NCBI GenBank assembly: GCA_963751575.1
Contig: CAVVUX010000002.1
Coordinates: 742,208-806,207, forward strand
From: an uncultured Chloroflexia bacterium
GTDB taxonomy: Bacteria; Chloroflexota; Anaerolineae; Anaerolineales; UBA11858
Direction: 5' to 3'
Length of the DNA stretch: 64,000 nucleotides
Part shown: one piece after another, positions 20,729-30,665 of the stretch
Position numbering within the stretch: position 1 is the stretch's first letter
Layout of the letters: each line of letters starts with the position of its first letter
Made by a program: the position numbers and the translations under genes
The notes under the pieces: generated by a model
The model's database searches: none
Seen by the model: only the letters and a program-made list of their open reading frames with translations
What the model was told of the DNA's origin: nothing

Positions 20729-21689
20729 TTAGAGGGGTTTCATCATGCCTTGTTTCCTGACCATAATAAAATGCAGACCCATGGCTGCAACAGTTACCAG
20801 AGGCAGGATCAGGATATGCAGCGCGAAGAATCTGCTTAAAGTCAGACTGGTAATATTCCAGCCTGCTCGCAAGAAAACCAACGCCAATTCACCAATCACA
20901 GGTATACTGCCGGCTATTTCAGTTCCGACAGTGGTAGCCCAGTAAGCCCGCTGATCCCAGGGCAGTAAATAACCGGTGAAACCAAATGCGAGTGTCATTA
21001 TAAGCAAGCCGACGCCGGATACCCAATTTAGTTCTCTGGGGGGTTTATAGACTCCCATAATGAAAACTCTCAGCATATGAGCAATTGCCATGACGATCAT
21101 GCCATTAGCTGACCAATGATGGATCATGCGGATCGCTGATCCCAGCAGGACTTCATTTTCAATGAAATGGATGCTGGCATAAGCTTCTGCCGGGGTTGGT
21201 TTGTAATAAAAGGCCAGCATGATCCCTGTCACACCCTGGACAAGAAATAGGAAAAATGTCAATCCGCCGAGACAGTACCACCAGCGTCGCTGCCAGTCTG
21301 GAACTGGTTTAGCAAGGATTGGTTTCAGGAATTCAGATAATTCATATCGCTCATCGATCCAGGCCAGGATCCGGGTGGGTATAGGGATCCACTCAGATCT
21401 GGATCTCCAGACGCTGGCGCTGCGGGCAACACCGAACAGCAGGACAAGACCTGCTGCCCCAAAAAGGATCCAGCGACCTAACGGTGTCCACAGATTGGTG
21501 AAAGCCTCTTCGACATGGCATTGGATGCAGGTATCTTGTTCTGGTTCTGGCGGAGCAGCTTGAAAGATCTTCACTCCCGGCGAGTTCAGCTTGATTTGAT
21601 GCAGAGTAAGCGTGAACGCCAGCAGCCGTGATCAGTAGAAGGCTTAGACTGCCAATCACGATTAGGACAGTACGGAATAATTTTTTCAT
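20729..21689 (-). CDS. petB: Cytochrome b6-like protein with N-terminal signal peptide, CxxCH heme-c segment and extra TM helix (one frameshift near 21575-21610)
   Basis: Signal MKKLFRTVLIVIGSLSLLLITAAGVHA, CIQCH, TM, then WIDERY..WWYCLGG..TGIMLAFYY, IHHWSAN..AHMLRVF, PRELNW, GFTGYLLPWDQRAYWA, LSRFFALH..LHF, VRKQGMMKPL*. Confidence 0.92.
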
Positions 21690-21915
21690 AAATAACCTCG
21701 TCTACGCTGTATCCAGTGAGACTTAAATCGAGTGAATTAATGGTTTAACAGGATTGAGATTGATGTTATCCATTCAGCAAGTAATCGATTGAGAGTCCGA
21801 TAGTTATTTTGAATGTTGTCCAGGAGATACCAATTGTCCCTGACAAAATGGTTACATCAGATGGATATCTAAAAAATATAACATAATCCTGCATTTCGAG
21901 AGCATGTGTCATTCT

Positions 21916-22435
21916 TCACCCATGATTATGTACATCAGCTATCAGCGAGTTTTGAAAGGAAAAATCCTTCATGATCTGGGAGGTAACAATTGGAATTGCA
22001 GCTGCTACCGCTGGCGTGGGTGTTTCATTGAAGTCAAGGATGTTTTCAACTTCTACAGCATAGATGTGAATTCTCGGGGGATCTTATATCCCATCTGTTC
22101 TGCAGCGTCGAGCGCAGTGACCAGGGAAGTATCATGAGCGGATGTGCTGTGTTGGGTTGGGCTGAAATTGATCTCAGGTCATCCAGGGTCATTTTGTGGA
22201 TTTTTCCGGGTTTTGTGGTCTCTGGGATGCAAGATAATAGGCATCGATCAGGATCACCCGATCGTATCCGAGCATAGCTTCCATCAAACGCAGTCCTCCC
22301 GCGCTGGCTTCGGTGATTGTCAGCTCGGGATGGGCGTCAAGATCGATGATATCCTTCCAGCATTCGGGCAACTTTTACGCCGACGCCGTCGTCTGTCAGG
22401 ATTGGATTGCCCAAACCAATTATCAAGGTTTTCAT
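21916..22435 (-). CDS. Hydrogenase maturation endopeptidase (HyaD/HycI family); several frameshifts
   Basis: Manual translation MKTLIIGLGNPILTDDGVGVKVA..., EASAGGLRLMEAMLGYDRVILIDA, STSAHDTSL, AVEVENILDFNETPTPAVAAAIP; follows mvhA. Confidence 0.85.
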
Positions 22436-22445
22436 ATTATCTCAT

Positions 22446-22494
22446 AAAAAGGAAGTAACCAGTTCCAGGAATAGATGCTGGTCACTGGTTACTT
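22446..22494 (-). terminator. Terminator-like hairpin between mvhA and the maturation protease
   Basis: AAGTAACCAGT/ACTGGTTACTT 11-bp stem followed by CCTTTTT on the minus strand. Confidence 0.55.
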
Positions 22495-22526
22495 AATTCA
22501 CTTCTGATCTCTCAATTACCCATCAG

Positions 22527-24015
22527 TTAGTCAACATACTGGCTTCTGGTTTCGATCAAATTTCCCTCTGCGTCTTTGATTTGAACTTCCAGCGGCATCT
22601 GGCCCGGCAGTGAGTGAGTCGCGCAGGACATGCAGGGATCGTAATTCCTGAAAGCCATCTCGATGGTGTTGAGCAAGCCTTCGCTGACTTCACCACCTTT
22701 GATCAGCCCTTCGGCTGCTTTTTTGATCGACATCGCGATCGGGGCATTATTGTTGGTTGTTCCAACAATCAGGTTCACATCGGTCAGGATACCATTCTCG
22801 TCAGTTTTGTAGTGATGGGTCAGGGTACCCCGGGGTGCTTCAACACTGCCAACACCTTCTGTCGGCGTGTTGGTGACGACCTGCCGCACATTGGGATCAG
22901 TGATTTCAGGATCTTCTGTCAATTCAAGCATTCTTTCCGCTGCATAGAGCAGTTCAACCAGTCGAGCCCAGTGTGTTGCCAGACGGTGATGGACCGGGGT
23001 ATAACGTCCAGCTTCTTTCTTGGAACCCAGGGTCTCATAAAAACGTTCAAAATGTTCCTGGGCCTTCGGTGTTGCCATGCCATCAGAAGCGTTCAGTCGG
23101 GAAAGCGGGGTGGCACAATAGACACCGCTGTCCACACCATCTACAAATCCTTTCCAGCCCACATCTTTCAGGTAGGGGAATTTCAGGTAGGACCAGGGTT
23201 CTACTCGTTCAGCGATATGCTCGGCATAATCTTTGGCAGGATACTTGACCAGTTCTTTGCCATCTGGTCCGGTTACCCGGATCAACCCATCATAGAAATT
23301 GATGAGATTATTCTCATCCACAGTACCCATGTAGTAGGTCTGCATGGGTGAAGGCATCCGAGACGATCAGATCCACATAAGCCTGGTTGGCGAGCACGAT
23401 ATCATCAAAGAGTTTCAAACTGAAGAGGGCAAAATCAACATTTTGTTTGGCATAATCAAGAACGATTTTCTGATTCTCTTTGGTCAGTGCCTGGCTCCAT
23501 CCCCCGGGTAGTCCAGCAACAGGATGGATTCCACGACCTCCAAGCATTTTGATGACTTCGTGGTTTCTTTTCCTGCATTCAATCACCTGCTTTCCAATAT
23601 CCACACCAACTTTGTGGATAACGCCCAGGATATTCCTTTCAGCTGGATTTGAATCCGGGCCAAGAACAAAATCAGGACCACCAAGGGCATAAAAGTGGAC
23701 GGTATGGTCGGTGACATAGAAGGAGGTGTAGAATAACTCTCGGAGCTTCTTGACAACGGAAGGCGGTTCAACATCAAACAGGGCATCGAGTGCTTTGGTG
23801 GCAGCCATGTGATGGGCTTCAGGGCAAACACCGCAGATCCGGTTTGTGATGCGGGGCATTTCTTCAGCCGGCCGGCCGATCGAAAATTGTTCAAACCCCC
23901 GCAGTTCTGGAATTTGCAGATAGGCGTTTTCTACATTGCCTTTTTCATCCAGGAAGATCTCGATCTTGCCGTGGCCTTCCAGTCTGGTGATGGGATCGAT
24001 TGTTATCCGTTCCAT
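22527..24015 (-). CDS. mvhA: [NiFe]-hydrogenase large subunit, group 3c (MvhA-type); one frameshift near 23347
   Basis: IDPITRLEGHGKI, PELRGFE, L1 RICGVCPEAH, VEAPRGTLTHHY, VGTTNN, L2 YDPCMSCATH plus cleavable C-terminal extension. Confidence 0.93.
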
Positions 24016-25038
24016 TACAAATCTCCTTTTCCATTCTTGACACGTCGGAGAATTGAGTGTGCCATGCTGAAGCGGTAGAAAGTACCCGCAGGATCAGCGA
24101 TGGTATCTACAACTTCCTGGATTTTATGCTTCAAGTTCATCTTCTTCCATTGTTTCATCACCAGCATCGATGACCGAGGCAATGGCGGATAACATTTGCG
24201 CACCTTGATCGATCACTCCTTCAGGAGGACCGTAACATCCCCGGCAGCCTATTCCAACTGTTGGGCAAAGTGCTCCGCAGCCGCTCCGGGTGGCCAGGCC
24301 CATGCAGATCAAGCCTTGTTCCAGACAGACATTGATCCGGATCAGGTATCATTTCGTAGGGTCGGTAGAAACGTTCGATCGTTTTTTCGCTTTTTTCACG
24401 CTCACATTCATCGCAGACAGCTGATGTGCCAGCACCGATAATCGCTCCAGCTGGCGGTAAGGGGATCGCCTTCCAGTAAGCGCTCCAACAACAACCTGGA
24501 AAACAGCCCAGATCTGGGGCGGTTCTGGTGGACAGCCTGGCAGGTAATAATCCACATCAATCACCTGGTCGAGGGATTTTACCGTATTGTAGAAATCGGG
24601 CAGGGTCAGATCACCTTCTGCGACCTTGGTCACCTCCTGGGGGAAGATTCCATCAGGATTATCGATCGATGGATTGTCGATATATACCTTGTTAAAAGTG
24701 GCTTCTTTGGTGGTCAGATTGGAAAGGGCAGGTATACAACCTTCGTACGCGCAGGATCCATAGGCAACCATCACTTTGGATTTCTTCCGCAGCAGGTGGG
24801 CCATTTCCTCATTTTCTGAAGTCCTGATCGCGCCATTGAACAAACATACATCAATATATCCATCTGGATAGCTTTCAAGATCCTTGGTTTTGAAATCTGC
24901 AATGCAAGGGAAGAAGGCGATATCAAAGACTTCGTCCACGGTCAGGATATTCTCGTGGATATTGAGAACTGAGATCTCACATCCACCGCAGGATGCAGCC
25001 CAGTACATGGCCAGTTTTGGTTTTTCTTTTGCTCCCAT
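24015..25038 (-). CDS. mvhG: [NiFe]-hydrogenase small subunit (MvhG-type); several frameshifts in the C-terminal third
   Basis: WAASCGGCE, GSCAYEGCIP, LPGCPPEP, ICMGLATRSGCGALCP..GCRGCYG, ADPAGTFYRFS; TAATG overlap with mvhA. Confidence 0.92.
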
Positions 25039-25039
25039 G

Positions 25040-25502
25040 TCATGCCTCCTTGACGGGGATATGGTACTGATCCATTTCCGCCCAGTACTTTTTCATGCCA
25101 GCGCAGGGGCCCAAGAGCTCGAAGTTCTTCGGTCATTTTATTAACCTTTTCGGCCAGGAAAATGCCTTCAGAGGCGGATGCCCAAAGCAGCTGGACCCGT
25201 TCATCTTCAATTCCCCATTGCGTGAGAGTCTTTTTCAAAAGCAGGAAGCGTCGCAGGGCTTTGATATTTCCATTCACATAATGGCATTCACCGGGATGGC
25301 AGCCTGCGATCAATACACCATCTGCTCCTTTCAGTAGGGCCTTGAGAACAAATTGGGGATCAACTCTGCCAGAACACATCACCCGGATGGGCCTCAGATT
25401 CGGGGCATATTTGATCCGGGCTGTACCAGCCAGATCCGCTGCCCGGTAGGAGCACCAGTTGCACAGGAATCCGACAATTACAGGTTCAAATTGTTCACTC
25501 AT
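25040..25502 (-). CDS. mvhD: Hydrogenase iron-sulfur subunit MvhD ([2Fe-2S]); probable frameshift at the extreme C-terminus
   Basis: GFLCNWCSYRAADLAG, RVMCSGRVDP, GADGVLIAGCHPGECHY, WASASEG. Confidence 0.95.
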
Positions 25503-27546
25503 TTATTCCTCCTTCCCAGCCGGGACTGGTTCTAGATCCTGCACGTCCCACAATAAACCATCGATCTGGGAGAACAGCTGGATGTTGGTAAAGTGGGCGC
25601 CAGTGATGACTCCGCTGGGGCAGGCTGCAACACAGGTACCGCAACCCTGGCAGAGCGCTGTTATAACTTTGGAGATACCTTCTTCTGCGACAAATTCAAT
25701 TGCATTATAGGGACACATATTGTTGCAGATCTTGCAGCCGGAGCAGGTTTCCGCATCGATGCTGGCCCGGATCGGTTCCATCATCACCGTTCCCCGGCTG
25801 ATCAAGCTTGCGACTCTGGAAGCAGCGGCAGCACCCTGGGAAACAGTATCGGGACATCTTTTGGACCCTGGCAAGCACCGGCGATGAAGACACCATCTGT
25901 CATTGTTGCAATTGGATCCAAGTTTGGGATGTCGTTCGATGAAGAAACCTTCAAAGTCGCAGCCCATTTTGAATAGTTGGGATACTTCTTTTGAATCAGG
26001 TTGGGCTTCCATGGCCGGGCTGAGGATCACCATATCAACCGGGACTCGTCTTTGACGGCCGATCAGTGTATCTTCTACCTGGACGATCAATTTGCCTTCT
26101 TCATCAGGGATCCGGGCAGAATCTGTGATCTCTGCTACTTTTCCTCGAATGAAATTGGTACCTTCTTTCAGCAGGCGGTCATAAAACTCTTCATAACCTT
26201 TCCCGGGTGTTCGCATGTCAATATAGCAGTTGTACACTTCTGCGTCCGGAAGCCTTTCATGAACCAGGTGGGCAAATTTCAGCGAGTACATGCAGCAAAC
26301 CTTGGAGCAATATTTGTGGTAATTTTCATCTCGTGATCCAACGCAGTGAACAATGGCAACTGATTCTGGTTCAGTTTCAAAATCTCGCAGAACGATCTTG
26401 CCTTCGGTTGGGCCGGACGCATTGACCATCCTTTCAAATTCAAGGCTGGTGAAGACATTTTCCAGCTGGCCGTAGCCGTATTGGGGAATGCGCTTCACAT
26501 CAAAGAGCTCATAGCCAGTGGCCAGGATGATATTGCCAACCTGAAGCTTGAGGATCTCATCTTTCTGTTCAAAATCGATCGAGTTAGGTTCTGTCGGGCA
26601 GAATTTCTCACAGGCTTTGCATTTTCCTTTCTGGAAATAGACACAGTTTTCTCTGTCGATCACCGGAAATTTAGGCACTGCCTGGGGGAACGGCCGGTAG
26701 ATGACTTTTCGTTCTCCGAGCCCTGCTTCAAATTCATGGTCAACAACTTTGAAGGGACATTTTTCGATGCAAATCCCACAGCCTGTGCAGTGTTCTTCAT
26801 TCACATAGCGGGCTTTTTTCCGGACAGTGACATCAAAATTGCCCAATATAACCATCCATTTTTTCAACTTCACTCCAGGTCAGCAGGGTGATATTAGGAT
26901 GGTGATCAACATCGACCATTTTTGGTGTCAGGATACAGGCAGAGCAGTCCAGGGTGGGAAAGGTCTTATCGAGCTGGGCCATATGGCCGCCGATCGAAGG
27001 CTGTCTTTCAACCAGATAGACATGGTTGCCGCCGTCAGCCAGTTCCAAGTGCTGCCGTGATCCCGGCAATACCGCCCCAACGATCAGGGTATTGGGATTG
27101 ATCTCTACAGGGATTTCCTCCAGTGGTTGATGGTGAACAACTCGTTCAATAGCAGCATTTACCAGGGCTTTGGCTTTGTGGGTTGCTGCTACTTCGTCAT
27201 CGGTGGTCCAGGAATCATGTTCCCGAATATTGGCCATTTCAAACATGAACGGATTCAATCCTCCATTTTCTGTTGCAGTTCGAAAAGTGCCTTCATGCAT
27301 GTGAGGAGAGCAGGATGCAACAACGATCTTGGTTAGTCCTAGTTCCTTGATATCCTGCTCGATCAGTTCCTGCCCCAGACTGGAGCACATGAACTTATAT
27401 TCCCGGGATATCGCAACATGGGGGTTGTTCTCAGCCCATTTTGCAACATCTTCTACATCCACTACTTTGGCGATATTAGTTCCACAGTGGCAGACGTAGA
27501 CACCAACTTTCTCTTCTTGTGTTGGGGGTGATTTGGTATCATTCAT
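25503..27546 (-). CDS. hdrA: Heterodisulfide reductase subunit A (FAD, electron-bifurcating); about five single-base indels
   Basis: VGVYVCHCGTNI, VVASCSP, EMANIREHDSW, repaired IVGGGIAG, IGGHMAQLDKTFPTLDCSACILTPKM, CTGCGICIEKCP, HCVGSRD..YCSKVCCMY, repaired HPKLDP..GACQGPKD, C-terminal ferredoxin motifs. Confidence 0.95.
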
Positions 27547-27611
27547 AGGTTTTTCTCCTATCCAAAACGTCTATCGATACGTTTAATACACTGTATTCTT
27601 TGATATTAATT

Positions 27612-28525
27612 TCATGAAGACCAGGTCATAGATGTCAATTGGCCTCCTTTTGCTAATAGTTTTTTAAAGATCGGTTTTGCTGAAACCAGTTCAACACCAA
27701 AACCCAGTTTCTTGGGAGATATTCCAAGAGCGATGCCAAGCAATTGTGTGAAATAGAGGATTGGGAGATGGAATTTGGTGCCAAATTCCTCATTCACTGC
27801 ATTCTGGTAACATTCCAGATTGACCTGGCACAGTCGGACAGGCGGTGGCTATTACATCAGCCCCATTCTTCTCAGCACTCTGAAGCAGAATCCGGACCAT
27901 TTCCAATGCTGGCGCACGACTGGTCATGATCAGGGATCCCCCGCAGCAGCGCAGTCGTTCCGGAAAATGAGTAGCTTCAGCTCCTATGGCACTGATCAGT
28001 TCTTCAAAATATTGGGGATTTTCAACTTCTTCACCATGCATTCCGCGGTCTGACGATCTGGCAACCATAATAGGGTGCAATGCTTAATCCTTTGAGGGGA
28101 TTGGTTACTTGTTTCTTGATCTCTTCAGGACCGATTTCGTCTGTGCAACAAATTCATGAGATGGTGGACATCGATGTCAGCATTGATTTGCAGGTCATCT
28201 TCTTCTAGGGCAAAATTGATGTGTTCTGCCAGTTCTTGATCTTCTTTGAGAAGATTATTGGTAAAGATAGGCATTCTTATAACAGGCGCTGCAGGGAGCA
28301 ACCAGGTCCAAGCCTTCTTTTTCTGCCAGTGGCAAGGTTCCTCGAAACCAGTGTGTAGGCAAGAAGCTGATCTACATGGAAGTATGTTGTTGCTCCACAG
28401 CAGTTCCAGTCATCCAATTCCTGGAGTTCAATATCAAATTTACGGGTTGTTTCCAGTGTCGATTTATGATAACTGGAGGCCATTTTCTCTAGGGAGCAAC
28501 CGGGGAAATAGGCGAATTTTTTCAT
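27612..28525 (-). CDS. hdrB: Heterodisulfide reductase subunit B (two CCG domains); multiple frameshifts
   Basis: YFPGCSL, DWNCCGA, repaired APCSACY, PYYGCQIVRP, RCCGGS, TACP, LPILYFTQLLGIALG. Confidence 0.92.
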
Positions 28526-29087
28526 GATGATTCTCCTAGAGGAATGATCCTGCGGATCATATTCTTAAAATTTTCCAGGCGTTTGATGCGGGGAGGCAAG
28601 AACAGGTATTTTGCCTTTCAGCACCATTTTGCTGGCATTGAATGCTTCCTGGAAAAATTCTTTGGGTCCCATCTGGAACATGTAGGTTGGCGCCAGGATC
28701 GGTTCATAGGATCGGCCACTCCGGATGATCATTTTCACCCAGGCTTCAGAGAAGGTCGGGCCAACCAGATCATCCGCGTAGGTCTTGTTCCAGATCGAAT
28801 AACGTTTGACTGCATACATGACACCGGCGATGTCGATATCTGCTGGACAGCGTACCGTGCAGTGATAGCAGGATGCGCAGAACCAGTAGGTATTGCAATC
28901 CAAAACGTCATCTTTTAGATCAGCATTGATCATTCCGATCAATCTGCGAGGTGTTTGATCCATGTAATCGGCTACCGGGCAGGTGCCAGAACATGAGCCG
29001 CATTGGATACAGGCATTGATCGGGCTTCCATGCGCAGCGTAGAGAAGGTTAGAAATCTCAGTCGCTGAATGATGGCTTTGATGCCAT
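28522..29087 (-). CDS. hdrC: Heterodisulfide reductase subunit C (2x[4Fe-4S]); two frameshifts
   Basis: CIQCGSCSGTCP, MDQTPRR, WFCASCYHCTVRCP; the repaired C-terminus ends in an ATGA overlap with hdrB. Confidence 0.92.
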
Positions 29088-29124
29088 AAGCTTCTTCCTC
29101 CTTGTTTAATCTGATTTCTTCTCT

Positions 29125-29523
29125 TCAGCCATGTGCTAACAATTGGCTGACTTTTTCCAATAAGAGATTGGGATCCACCGGTTTCTCGAGCAGTTCATCG
29201 GTTGGTAGAAAACGGGGATGGACTGGTTGGCCAGGGAATAGGAATGCCATTTGTTCCCTGATCCCGGTGATGATCAATACTGGAATTTTCCTCAAGACAG
29301 GATCCTTATTAATCTTTCGGGCAACCATGACTCCCTCAGCCCCTCTTCCCATCATGATATCCAGCAGCAAGAGATCATACTTCTTGGATTCCAGGGCTTT
29401 GAAGCCGTCTTTCGGGTTGTAGGCTACATCTACTGAATAGCCAGCTTTCACGAGGGTTGACTGGATTCCCTCTACATAATCTGGATCATCATCTATGATT
29501 AATAATTGAACATCCTTAGCCAT
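29125..29523 (-). CDS. Stand-alone response regulator (receiver domain only)
   Basis: LLIIDDD, LLLLDIMM, VLIITG, LEKP; no output domain; GGAGG RBS before ATG 29523. Confidence 0.9.
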   Translation of the reverse strand: MAKDVQLLIIDDDPDYVEGIQSTLVKAGYSVDVAYNPKDGFKALESKKYDLLLLDIMMGRGAEGVMVARKINKDPVLRKIPVLIITGIREQMAFLFPGQPVHPRFLPTDELLEKPVDPNLLLEKVSQLLAHG

Positions 29524-29536
29524 CTTTCCTCCTTCC

Positions 29537-30665
29537 TCAGGTGGTTTCTGGTCCATCTACCAGTGGTAAACGGATGGTAAAAGTGCTTCCTTTTCCAATT
29601 TCACTATTTACATCAATTGTGCCGCCGTGGGCTTCAACAATCTTTTTAGTTATTGTCAAGCCAACACCGGAGCTTCTCTCTCCTTCGGGAAGGTTCTTCC
29701 CACGGTAAAAATCAGAAAATATAAAGTTCAGGTCCTCTTCGGCAATGCCAATGCCATTATCTGTGACAGCGATTAGTAGCTGGTCATTTTCTTGGGATGC
29801 ATTTACCTGGATTTCACCGCCAATCTGACTGTATTTGACTGAATTTGTAAGCAGATTGACACAGGCTTCAATAAATGTACCTTTATCACCCGAGATATAG
29901 CCCGGATCTTGCTGATAGTGTTTTATGATCGTGATGTCTTTTCTGACAGCCTGGCTTTCAACCGTCTCAATGGCTTGTTCAAGGATTGGAACTAACGGAA
30001 ATGATTTCAAATTGTTCCTTGATCTTGTCTATATCTACTGAGATCACTCTCAGCCAGGTATTTATTAATTTAACAAGTTCCTGGATCCGGTCCTGCAATC
30101 TATGGATTTTATCTGATTGATCAGCTGATAATTTATCTTTTAGATCATCAGCCAGGACATATAAATTCTGCTGGACAGCTCCGAGGGGTGATTTTAATTC
30201 ATGGGAAACGATGGCAGCAAAATATTCCCGGAGCATTTCTTTTTCATTGCGCAGGGCAATGGTTTCCAGGACAAGGTTCCTGCGCTCCAGCCCGCGGTGG
30301 ACAACCAGTCTTAGTTCGTCAGGCTGAAAAGGTTTTGGTATGAAATCAAAAGTACCTTTTTTCATGGCTTCGACTGCAGAGTCAACTGTCGCAAATCCCG
30401 TGATCACAATAGTGACTATGGTTGCGTCATAGGCATAGATCTCCTCCAAGACTTCAAATCCGGACATACCGGGCATTTTTAGATCAACCAGAACCAGATC
30501 TGGCAGGAAATCTTTGAGAGCTTTCAATCCCATCTCTCCATTTTCGGCAGTTTTAACGCGGTAATCCTGACCCTGCAGGATGCGGATACAGGATTCGCGA
30601 ACGATTTCTTCATCGTCAATGACCAATATCTTTGCTGTGATATTATGAACCTTAGTACTTTCCAT
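29537..30665 (-). CDS. Hybrid response regulator-histidine kinase (REC-HisKA-HATPase); one frameshift near 30000
   Basis: ILVIDDE, VLVDLKMPG, FIPKPF, H-box IVSHELKSPL, N-box NLLTNSVKYS, VTDNGIGI, GVGLTITKKIVEAHGG. Confidence 0.9.

Noticed and set aside
20293..21689. Photosynthetic cytochrome b6f
   Set aside because: There is no cytochrome f and no photosynthesis gene in the window; b6-like features also occur in non-phototrophs.
22614..23351. 245-aa plus-strand ORF and many other 60-180 aa ORFs overlapping annotated genes
   Set aside because: These are antisense or alternate-frame shadows of well-supported genes, with no motifs or RBS of their own.
22527..29087. Selenocysteine in MvhA, MvhD, HdrA or HdrC
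   Set aside because: The relevant positions are Cys codons (DPCMSC, CNWCSY, GCHPGECH, ASCSP). The early TGAs in hdrC and the Rieske gene are explained by frameshifts, because homology continues in a different frame.
25503..29087. Methanogenesis or an archaeal origin of the contig
   Set aside because: Flanking genes are bacterial (smpB, ruvAC, F-type ATPase, ECF sigma, obg), and there are no mcr/mtr genes.
19150..30010. Programmed ribosomal frameshifting or phase variation as the cause of broken ORFs
   Set aside because: There are too many events per gene, no common slippery heptamer or long repeat tract, and the same kind of break occurs in atpD.
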